Below, piece by piece: positions 53,141-64,000 of a DNA stretch of 64,000 bases. The notes beneath the pieces are model-generated. The model searched no databases and was not told where the DNA came from. It worked only from the letters and a program-made list of their open reading frames with translations. The translations under genes were made by a program, and so were the position numbers. Position 1 is the stretch's first letter. Every line of letters starts with the position of its first letter. Origin of the DNA: Malacoraja senta (Eukaryota); NCBI GenBank assembly GCA_038087875.1, contig CM075992.1, positions 4,466,001 through 4,530,000 of the forward strand. The letters are read 5' to 3'.

Positions 53141-56100
53141 AATAGAAAGATTAAACAAGAACTTACCGTTTGAAGTTTGATCTTTATTTTATGAGAAATT
53201 GGAGTGAGAGCCAGCCCGCATGCGCGTCAATCTTCAAAGCAACTGTATGAAACCACTTGCACCAAATTAAACTATAGAAAGATTAATGACCCTTGACTTA
53301 CCGAATGATCTTTATGTGATTCAGGGTTGCGAGTGGAGGGCACGTATTCTCTCACTCCAACCTCATAAAATAAAGATCAAACTTCAAACGGTAAGTTCTC
53401 GTTTAATCTTTCTATTTTATATCGATGTCTCGTGATGGGACTATGTGAAGTCTTCGAAGCTCTGTGGTTTCATGCAGTAAACCAATGTGTATGTGAACAC
53501 ACTACACAGACTAAACCATAAATGGTTGAAAGAAAAAACATAGGCCATTCAAACATGATGCTAATTTTACTTACATGTATATCGCCCTTAACAGAACCAA
53601 AGTCCCAGAACCAAATGTCTTAATGAACACAACACAGAATTCTACCTGCAAATTGTCCAGTTCTGTTAAACGTTTATTATAAACTTCCGAAAAGTGCGTT
53701 CATCTGACCATCCTGCTGTTGCAAGAATTGTGATCAAGAGGAGCCTCCATTCTATAGCTGTCGATGTGGCTGCATCCCTGGTAGAGTGAGACTTGAAAAT
53801 ATCAGTATTCAATCCTGCTTTCAACAGCATACACTTTATCCATCTAGAAATAATCTGCACCAACCTCTCTTGTGTGGCTTTTTATAACTTATGAAGAAAG
53901 CTTTTTCCTCATCTCGAAGGTTTTTAGTAACCTCCATGTACTTCTTTACATAAATAACAACACACAATCTCCGATCCGGTGGGTATACTGCCAGATCTAA
54001 CTTGTACCCCACCGCGCCTGGCCTGCTCTGCTGTATCAGATCATCCACATAAATACCACTTTCTTGTCAGTTACAGCAGAGTTATACAGACAGAGTTTGT
54101 GCAAAGACTGAGCTCTTTGCGCTGAAATAAGTGCCATTAAGCATCACTAATTTATGAGTGAGCTGTTCCAACATCAGCGATGCAGCTGGTGCCGGGTTGC
54201 GAAGCAAACTTTAAAACTACTTTCACATTTCACACTTCATTATATGTAGGCCTTGGAGGGTTCATATTAAACATAGAAAACATAGAAACATAGAAATTAG
54301 GTGCAGGAGTAGGCCATTCGGCCCTTCGAGCCTGCACCGCCATTCAATATGATCATGGCTGATCATCCAACTCAGTATCCCGTACCTGCCTTCTCTCCAT
54401 ACCCTCTGATCCCTTTAGCCACAAGGGCCACATCTAACTCCCTCTTAAATATAGCCAATGAACTGGCCTCGACTACCCTCTGTGGCAGAGAGTTCCAGAG
54501 ATTCACCACTCTCTGTGTGAAAAAAGTTCTTCTCATCTCGGTTTTAAAGGATTTCCCCCTTATCCTTAAGACACCTTTCATGAACTTTGACACCAATGGA
54601 TGAGTGCCAATAGTTTGTTGTCCCAGCCCAAGCACTAAGTACAATGATAAAGCACTGTGAGCAGTGTTAATAGCGCTATAACTTAGACACTTCTCAAAAA
54701 ACAAAACTGAAAGAAATTCCAAACATCAGCTACTTCTGCCTTAAAGTAGTTCAGTTGTGCATCCTCACAAAACTTTTTCCCATTGTATTATTTTTTCCCC
54801 CCCAAACCACTGCTACTTCTGTTTAAAAGTAGCTCACATGTGTCTCTTCACAAACCTTTTCCATACAACCATACAGTGATAAATGCACAAGTGTTAGGTT
54901 GAACTAACCACTGCTCGTGTCTGTGAGCAAATATAGGAGCTTCTTTCAGCAGACCTATTTACAATGGTTGAATAGGCCAATTTAGCGCTACTATAATTCA
55001 TGTTGTTGAATAGGCCAATTTGGCCTCGTCTTGAATTATCTTTGGAGGCATCTTCCGATATTTATACCCTGTGCATCCCTCTACAATATTCCATTTCTTA
55101 TCTGTGGGTAGGGTCACAGACATATCTGCAGAGTTTATGACAAAACCTAGATATGTAATAAATTTTGTTGGCTCCAGTATGGACTTTCCTGGATGAATAA
55201 CAAACCCTAGATATTCTAGGAGTGCCTTTGTTACTGAAACAACTAACTCTGTGACACCTGATCTCTTCCCTACAATGAGCATGTCATCTAAACCCCCCCC
55301 CCCCAATAATATGCCCTTTAGATCTGAGTAGGGCAACATTGGCTTTAGAGTCTTTGTAAAATAGCCTAGGGTTGGACTCAACCCCTAAGGTAGAGCCTAA
55401 AATTGCCACAACTGGCCTTGCCAGATAATCTACAGATGTTGTGTGGTTCTCGTGTATTGGTACTGAATAGTATACATCTTCAAGATTGATTGAGGCCATA
55501 AAGCAATCCTCTGTAATCAGCTATTTTGCTGAATGAAAAATATCCATCTAAAAATGGGTATATTCCAAGCACGTGTTCAGACTAGCTAAATCCTAGAAAG
55601 ATTCAGTATCCTCCACTATTCTTCAAGAAGATATTAGAAATATACCCCTCTTGTTTATGGCCAGACTGCTCAATCACACCCTATTTGTGTTGTTTCTCTA
55701 TTTAAACTTGGATAGCCATAGTTTCCTCTTATGACCGTATATACGGGAGTCTTGGCTTTCCTTGCCGTGGAGGAAATTGATCACTTAGAAACTCAATCTT
55801 ATAACCATTTGTGATTAGTAAGCTGAAAGGATCAGAGGTTATCTGTTCCCACCTGTTTTTGAACAGTCTCAATCTACCTCCGACTTGAATATCGTCAGCA
55901 CATCACATGCGACTGATGGAAACATGTTTGCATACCTCAACGGCCCCCACCTCTTGGTCGCTTTGCTGTCAGTGGCTGTAGGTGTGATCAAGGCAGCTTC
56001 TAAGAAAGAGCTTGCTAAAAAACCACCAAAGCTGTCAATAAAATAATAGGCAAGAGGTGATTATCACCACCACCCACCAGGATCCAGCAAACCCTGAGAC

Positions 56101-58370
56101 TGACAACACCAAAATGGCCCTAGGCAGTTGGTCAATAGTCAACTGACCCTAGATTATGCTCTGTCCCTTTGGCTCTGGCATCGTGGCCTGCTGGGGAACG
56201 ATACTGAGTATGTGGAGTGCGCTGCCTCCATGGTGAGCGCTGTGAACCTGCTCATAAAAAAGGCCTCTGTCTTGGTATTAATTGTGTAGGCCTGATGCTC
56301 CAACCAGCCTCAGTGTAGCGTTATGTGCCGCTAGCTTGGTAGTGATGATATGCACGCTGTTAGCCTGGAGTCTTACCCACAAAGGATGTCTTACCACACC
56401 CACCGCAGCCTTGAATTGTACTTGCTTGCATAAATCTTCTCCAAAGAGATACTTGCAGACTGCATATTACTCGCCTTGCACAAATCCTTTGCAACACAAT
56501 TGAGCTCAAACTGCATTACACTGAAGTGCCAAGGCGTCCACTGCAAATCAAACAGCTGAGTTCCCTCTACAGACCTTGCAAAGGCCAAATCGCTCTTGTG
56601 AGAAATCTCCGAACTCACGAGTTTTAAGTCTTTTGACTTTGTTTTGCCATTCAGATTGCCCCAAATGGTGGCATTAACCTTTGGAACCTCCAGTGTCTGG
56701 CAGTTATCAGGACTAGCATACTTTCCAGCAGTGTCCTGCATGTTCTTCTCATTCAGCTGATGAGAAGTCAAGTAACCAATGCTACTTGCTAGTACTTCCT
56801 CTAACGGTTCTCCTATCCCCAAGGGGATGGCAAATTTACTTACAAATGCCAGCAGCTCCTTTTTAGACTTGAGTTGAAGCATATCATCCACTTATTGAGG
56901 GAATTCGAGTTTGCTGTTGACTTCTCCACAGTCAGAATCTACCATGTAATACTCCACAAAACACCCCTCCTCTGAGCGGTAGATATCATAATGCAACCCT
57001 GAACCAGGTATTGCTGCCGCAGACATCAGACTGGAACTACCTGAATCGCTCGCCAGTGTGCGGAGCACATTCCCTTCGATCTACCTCTCAATCAGGTTTT
57101 CCAGTCTTGAGCGCCGACAGATGATATCCTTAATGGATGATGAGGCAATACCTTCCTGCCCAGAATTGTCTTTTTGGACATATTTTGCTATTATGGCCTT
57201 GGCCTTCCCCAAAGTCGGGTCGCCATACTGCTCCCGTTCGAAGCTTTTGCTTTTAATTATTCATTCATTTATTTTTTACAACACAAACCTGCCAGTCATG
57301 TAATAATGCTACTCGCCAGTTTGGCCTTTGACACTTTGCCTATCCCCGAGAGGATGGCAAATTAAGTTCCAGACAGCTGGCAGCTCTATTATAGCCGTGG
57401 ACTGAAAGTATTTTGTATGTATTGAGGGAATCCTCAAACTCCCTGCCTCTGTGCAGGTGATATCCTCAAATACCTGAATTTAACTGCCTGTATGAGTGCA
57501 GTGCACTCACTCAGTTATCCTCACTCTTGTGAGCAGCAAGATAACCTCCATCTTTGATGTTGAGGCAGTGCTTCCCTGGCCAATAGCCAGTTCTGAGTTG
57601 GTCTTCCCTGAACCGGGGTCGACTAGCTGCTCCATTTTGGAGCTTTCAGAGGTTGATGTGCAGGCCACCCTGCCAGATTCTCTGAGCCCGGGGTCGACCA
57701 GCTGCTACTTTTTTGAGCTTTCACAGGTTGCTGTGCAGGCCACCCGGCCAGCGTCCCTGAGCCCGGGTCGCCAACCTGCTTTTTTTCAGAGCTAGCGGAG
57801 GTTACTGTGCAGCCTATGATGTCAGTGTCTCCAAGCCCGGTACCCCAAGCTGCTCCAATTCGGAGCTTCCACAAAGGTTTAAAAGCAGACCTTACCTGGC
57901 AACATCTTCTTCGGCCCCACGCTTCCAAACTGCTCCCTTTCGGAGCTTTAGATGGAGGTTGCTGTGTAGGTCCCGCCTGTCAGCGTCCCCGATCCCGGTG
58001 TGGCAGGCTGCTCCATATCGGAGCCTTGGTGGATTACTGTGCGGGTCGCGCCTGCCAGTTACTCTGAGGCCGGGCCACCTGCTCCCTTCTGGTGCTTTAA
58101 CGCTGGTTGCTGTACAGGTCTCGCCTGTCAGCATCTCCGAGACCCGGCCGGGCCTCCTGCTCCCTTCTGGAGCTTTAACGCTGGTGCTGTACAGGTCGCG
58201 CCTGTCAGCATCTCCGAGCCCGCTGCATCGTTACTGCAAGGGAAAATTCACCTTACCTGACGGAGCATTTCCGAATGCATCCTTATCTCGCGCCATGCGT
58301 CGACGTATTGACGCGCATTCGGGCTGGCGGGTTCTTCATGTAGTCTCATCACGAGACTTCGATATAAAAT
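53141..58370 (-). mobile_element. Second DIRS-type retrotransposon (degraded)
   Basis: Left ITR about 58309-58370, right end 53141-53230, ICR about 53349-53450. Gag-like 56391-56891; RT (INLEDVYYSVPIH, LDDMLI, YLGFVIN); YR (SAINTAHSAL, HPLVSKFMKG, LCVV, FKSHSTR, AGWS). Confidence 0.93.
54271..54570 (-). mobile_element. Short CR1 3' end nested in the DIRS recombinase gene
   Basis: FFTQRVVNLWNSLPQRVVEA and a (TTTCTATG)n tail. Confidence 0.9.
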
Positions 58371-59379
58371 TCTGAGGCTAGTCCCAGACTATCCCACTAG
58401 TGGAAACATCCTCTTCACATCCACTCTATCCAAGCCTTTCACTACTCTGTTTGTTTCAATGTGGTCCCCACTCATTCTTCCAAACTCCAGTGAGTACAGG
58501 CCCAATGCCAATAAACGCTCATCATAAATTAACCCACTCATTCCTGGGATCATTCTTGTAAAACTCCTCTGGACCCATTCCAGGGCCAGCACATCCTTCC
58601 TCAGATATCGGGCCCACAATTGCTCACAATACTCCAAATGCGGCCTGACCAACGCCCAAGAGAGCCTCAGCATTACATCCAGTTTTTTTGTATTCTAGCC
58701 CCTTCTTTACTACCGATTCGCGCAGTTTAACTTTTTGGGAATCCTGCACCAGCACTCCCAAATCCCTTGGCACCTCCAAATTCTGGATTCTCTCATTTAG
58801 AAAATAGTCTACGCATTTATTCCTACTACCAAAATGCATGACTCCCCCTTAGCTATACTATATTCCATCTGCCACTTCTCTGCCAACTTTCCTAGCCTGT
58901 CTATGTCCTGCAGAGTCCCTGCTTTCTCTGCATTACCTGCCCTTCTGCCTATTTTTGTATCATCCGCAAACTTGGCCACAAAGCCTTCAATCCTCTCATC
59001 CAAATCATTAATATACAACGTGAAGAGTAGCGGCCCCAGCACCAACCCCTGCGGAACTTCTCTAATCGCTGGCAGCCATCCAGATAAAAACCCTTTATTT
59101 GCATTCTTGTGCTGTCTGCTATCCAGCCAACCTGCTATCCATGCTAGTTATCTGCCCTTTGATACCATGGGCTCTCATCTTACTTAGCAGCCTTAGTGTG
59201 GCACCTTATCAAATGCTTTCTGAAAATCTAGGTGAACAACGTCCACTGACTCTCTTTTGTCTGTCCTATTTACTTGTTCAACGGATTTCAGCAGATTCAT
59301 CAGGCAAGTTCTCCCCTTCGCAAAACCATGCTGACTTCCGCCTATTTTATCATGAACTTCGAAGTGCTCTATAACTCCA

Positions 59380-62300
59380 TCTATCTATCTATCCGTCCGT
59401 CCGTCCGTCCGTCCATCCATCCATCCATCCATCCATCTATCTATCTATCTTTCTATCTGTCTCATCTTGTTTCTATGTGTGTGTGCAAGTCAACGTATCT
59501 AGGCCAAAATGGTACACGGTAGCACTAAATTTTTTGCAGAACCTTAATCAGCTTTTTCCCAGTCGTCGCCCTTGTCAAGTTTCCTTCAGATTGATGTTAT
59601 ATTTAACGTTATTGATATTTAAAGGTTTGAAAAAGCCAACTTTAAAAATATTTTACTATTAAATCCTTGCAGCCCCAGCTTACAACAAACGTCCATACAA
59701 AGTTGCAATCCAGGAACACTCCATGCTTCCACCAAGCTTTCACCTGAATGCAATCTCACAGTCCCCCAACATTTGCAACAATGTTGCCATCAGAGAACAC
59801 TTACTGCTGCTCCTGCCAGCAAAGGAGGGGGAGGGGCAAGGGGAAGAGGAATTGGAATTGGAAGTGCTGGGGGAGGCAGGTGAGTGGTGGAATCTTACAT
59901 TGGGGAATGGGTTGCGTTGGGGGCCAGGCCTCCCGTCTGACAGGGACCTTACGGGTCCCACTTGGTCTAGTATCTATCTATCTCCATACTTATAAAACTC
60001 TGATCTTGGATGTATGTGTATTTGTGCAATGTTTATGTGCGTTTCACATCTCGAAAACAGGACGTGCTAATGGTGACATTTTTACATATTCCTTTTTTTC
60101 ACTTTGGTCTTTATTGCTTTCATGCATACACAAATAAAACACAAATATAACAACGAAACATAAAAAAATGCAGTGAAAATTACAACAGTGCAGCAGGGGG
60201 GTCAGTTTACAATTAATGATGCAGTATACAGAACTATTTTCTTATGAAAACATTTTCCAATAACTTACATTATTGTCAATAATATTAAACAGTGTTGATG
60301 TCTTTATTTTTATACCTAATCCATTTTTCCCATTTTCTGTTATACTCGTCTTCTTTCACTCTTAGACAATGGTTAAACATAGTACAGGAAATATTTGTGA
60401 TGGAGAAAATGACATATTCTCTAAGAATGAAAGAAGACGAGTATAACAGAAATTATTCTCTAAGTCACAATACACTGAGTTCTGCTAGCTAGCAAGTGTA
60501 AATGCATTTTTTTAAAAGTTTAAAAAAGAGGGTGCATAAGGCGAAATGAGCAGCCCCTGCACAGTTGTCGGCTATGGGTGAGTGGTGGAATATTGTGTTG
60601 AGGAACGGGTTGCGTTGGGGAACCAGGCCTCCCGTGGGGCTATGGGTGAGTGGTATAATATTGCATTGGGGAACGGTTTGCGTTGGGGGACCAGCCTCCC
60701 ATGTGACAGAGACCCAACTGGTCCCACTTGGTCTAGTACACTTATAAAACTCTGATCTTGGATGTGTATTTATTTGTGTGTGTGTGTTGTTTGTGTGCGT
60801 TTCACATCTCGAAAACACGACGCGCTAATGGTGAAATTCTTACATATTCCGATAGAGATTTATGCCATGATGTAAAAATTCGCCTTATCTGAAAATTTCA
60901 TGCATTATTCCTTGGGTTATTTATGTTCAAAAATCTCTAAAAACTTGGGAAAAAACTATTTCGCTTATTCCCTGTGCTTCGCCCTGCTCGCAACATTGTT
61001 GCTATCCAAGTACAACGAGTTCTGCTAACTAGCAAGTGCAAATGTAATTTTTTAAAGTCACAGTACACTGAGTTCTGCTAGCTAGCAATTGCAAATGCAT
61101 TTTTTAAAAGGTTAAATATGAGGCAGGCTGAATAAGGCAAAATAAGCAGCCCCTGAGCAGTTGTCGGCTATGGGTGAGTGCTGGAATATTGTGTTGGGGG
61201 AACGGGTTGTGCTGGAGAAAGGGGAACGGGTTGCGTTGGGGGACCAGGCCTCCCGTGGGGGCTATGGTTGAGTGGTGTAATATTGCGTTGGGGAACGGGT
61301 TGCATTGGGGGACCAGGCCTCCCATGTGACAGGGACCCAACGGGTCCCACTTGGTCTAGTATACTATTAAAAGTCTCGTACTGTTTCTATGTGTGTGTGT
61401 TTGTGTGATGGTATTTTCGCCAAAACGGTACATGGTAGCACTAACATTTTTACAGAACCTTAGCTTTTTCCTGTCGTTAATCCAATCAAGTTTCCTTCAG
61501 ATTTAATGTTATATATCACAAGTTATTGATATTTAAAGGTTTAAAAAAGTCAACTTTGAGAATAATAACTGACTGAGAGGGAGATGTTTCTGGCAGCTTC
61601 CAGTGATGATGTCACAATGGCATCTCACAGTCCTCCAATCACAAAGGGATCTCATTTACACAAGCTGCCATGAACATTCCGACAACCAAAAATGACATCA
61701 CAATGTGATCTCTGCTGCCAATACACAAGCTATGAGGGTTGATGGAGAGGGGGATGGGTGGAGAAGAAATGTTGTTTGGAATGGGACTGAAGGATGATAA
61801 ACCCCCTGGGCCTCATGGTCTGCATCCCAGGGTCCTCAGGGAGTTGGCTCTAGAAATAGTGGACGCATTGGTGATCATTTTCCAATGTTCAATAGATTCA
61901 GGATCAGTTCCTGTGGATTGGAGGATAGCTAATGTTATCCCACTTTTCAAGAAAGGAGCGAGAGAGAAAACGGGGAATTACAGACCAGTTAGCCTGACTG
62001 GAAAGATGCTGGAGTCAATTATTAAAGAGGTAATAATGGGGCATTTGGATAGCAGTAAAAGGATTAGTCCAAGTCAACATGGATTTATGAAAGGGAAATC
62101 ATGCTTAACGAATCTTCTGGAATTTTTTGAGGATGTGACAAGTAAAATAGATGAAGGGGTGCCAGTGGATGTAGTGTATCTAGACTGTCAGAAAGCCTTT
62201 GATGAGTTCCCACACGGGAGACTGGTGACTAAAATTAGAGCACATGGTATTGGGGGTAGGGTGTTGACATGGATAGAAAATTGGTTGGCAGACCGGAAGC

Positions 62301-64000
62301 AAAGAGTAGGAGTGAATGGGTCCTATTCAGAATGGCAGGCAGTGGCGAGTGGAGTGCCGCAAGGCTCGGTGTTGGGGCCGCAACTGTTTACCATATATAT
62401 GAATGATTTGGAAGAAGGTATTAGGAGCAACACTAGCAAGTTTGCGGATGACACAAAGCTGGGTGGCAGCGTGAACTGTGAAGAGGATGTTAGGAGGTTG
62501 CAGGGTGACCTGGACAGGTTGAGTGAGTGGGCAGATGCGTGGCAGATGCAGTATAATATAGATAAATGTGAGGTTATCCACTTTGGCGGCAAAAACAAGG
62601 GGGCAGATTATTATCTCAATGGGGTTAGGTAAGGGGAAGGTGCAGCGAGACCTGGGCGTCCTTGTACACCGGTCACTGAAAGTTGGCTTACAGGTACAGC
62701 AGGCAGTAAAGTAAGCTAATGGAATGTTGGCCTTCATAACAAGAGGATTTCAGTATAGGAGTAAAGAGGTTCTTCTGCAGTTGTATGGGGCTCTGGTGAG
62801 ACCACATCTGGAGTATTGTGTACAGTTTTGGTCTCCTAATTTGAGGAAGGACATCCTTGTGATTGAGGCAGTGCAGCGTAGGTTCACAAGATTGATCCCT
62901 GGGATGGCGGGACTGTCATATGAGGAAAGATTGAAAAGACTAGGCTTGTATTCACTGGAGTTTAGAAGGATGAGGGGGAATCTTATAGAAACATATAAAA
63001 TTATAATAGAACTGGACAAGCTGGATGCAGGAAAAATGTTCCCAATGTTGGGCGAGTCCAGAACCAGGGGCCACAGTCTTAGAATAAAGGGGAGGTCATT
63101 TAAGACTGAGGTGAGAAAAAACTTTTTCACCCATAGAGTTGTGAATTTATGGAATTCCCTGCCACAGAGGGCAGTGGAGGCCAAGTCACTGGATGGATTT
63201 AAGAGAGAGTTAGATAGAGCTCGAGGGACTAGTGGAGTCAAGGGATATGGGGAGAAGGCAGGCATGGGTTATTGTGATCAGCCATGATTACAATGAATGG
63301 CGGTCCTGGCTCGAAGGGCCGAATGGCCTCCTCCTGCACCTATTTTCTATGTTTCTATGTTTAAACATTGTGTTTAGTGGGGGAGTGTGAAAGGGGAGAG
63401 GTGAGGGAGAGAGTGACTGAGGGTAGGGAAAAGGAGAGGGAGGGAGAGGTGACAGAGAGACCATGGGATCAGCAGCTTCAAGGGGAGAAAGGAGAGAGTG
63501 AGATTTCCCTCCTTCCCCCCCCCACACGTGGGAAGGATTGAGAGAGACAGTGAAAGAAAGGCAGTTATGACGTCACAATGCCCTACCAGCTACAATGTTG
63601 ATATCCCAGAACAGCAAATATACTTCAGGTAAAGAATCTGCCAGCCTAACCCAGCACAGCAAAGTTGAATGATTATATTTGGATAACAAAAGATGGCCTT
63701 GTCTTATGGCACCTACATCACAATAAATCTTAGTGCAATTGCATTTTTTTAAAGTTTAAAATGAGGGAGGGTGAAAATATTAGCTGACCTGCACTGTTGG
63801 GGGCTATGGGTGAGTGATGGAATATTACATTGGGGGAACGGGTTGCGTAGGGGGAACGGGTGAATGGTGGAATCTTACCTTGCGGAACGGTTTGCGTTGG
63901 GGGACCAGGCCTCCCATGTGACAGGGACCCAACAGGTGAGTGGTGGAATGCTATGTTGTGGAACGGCTTGCATTGGTGGACCTGGCCTCCCGTGGGGGCT
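59380..64000 (+). mobile_element. Head-to-tail array of at least four non-autonomous Helitron-like units
   Basis: Hairpin GGGACCC-aac-GGGTCCC (clearest at 61332-61348) plus ACTTGGT-CTAG|T ends at 59970, 60736 and 61359. The fourth unit is interrupted by CR1 and runs off the window. Confidence 0.8.
61779..63362 (+). mobile_element. CR1-like LINE (RT and 3' end) nested in Helitron-like unit 4
   Basis: NYRPVSLT, QHGFMKGKSCLTNL, SGVPQGSVLGP, KFADDTK; in-frame stops near 62632 and 62714; (CTATGTTT)n tail. Confidence 0.93.

Larger units (their letters stand above)
51999..59375 (-). mobile_element. CR1-like LINE split into 51999-52058, 53089-53143 and 58371-59375
   Basis: RT remnants (VLGPLLFTLYINDLD..KFADDTK; LVRPHLEYC). 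The flanks rejoin across both insertions. Confidence 0.85.

Noticed and set aside
54372..54722. Apparent fusion ORF (recombinase N-terminal domain plus LINE C-terminus)
   Set aside because: Chance in-frame junction of a CR1 tail inserted in a dead DIRS YR gene.

Overview
Eukaryotic, repeat-dense genomic DNA. The repeat content (HE1/V-SINE-like SINEs, CR1, Rex/Babar-like and L1 LINEs, Penelope remnants) suggests a cartilaginous fish, probably a skate or ray (inference). The only host gene is the 5' part of complement C3 on the minus strand: coding exons 1-14, from ATG at 43462 down to 214, continuing off the left edge. All introns are GT-AG and exon sizes and phases closely follow vertebrate C3. 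Three single-base insertions (two in exon 2, one in exon 4) break the frame. They lie within 8 kb of a 200-N gap (44276-44475), so they may be consensus errors rather than true pseudogenisation. The rest is mobile DNA: two DIRS-type tyrosine-recombinase retrotransposons with ITR/ICR termini; a near full-length L1-like LINE in a multi-layer nest in C3 intron 5; two copies of a ~1 kb non-coding DNA transposon with 7-bp TSDs; head-to-tail Helitron-like arrays; a GC-rich non-coding retroposon family whose copies carry two different LINE tails; and Penelope-type repeats with hammerhead-ribozyme-like cores. I found no clearly novel host system. The best leads are in transposon biology. Boundaries of degraded repeats are approximate.
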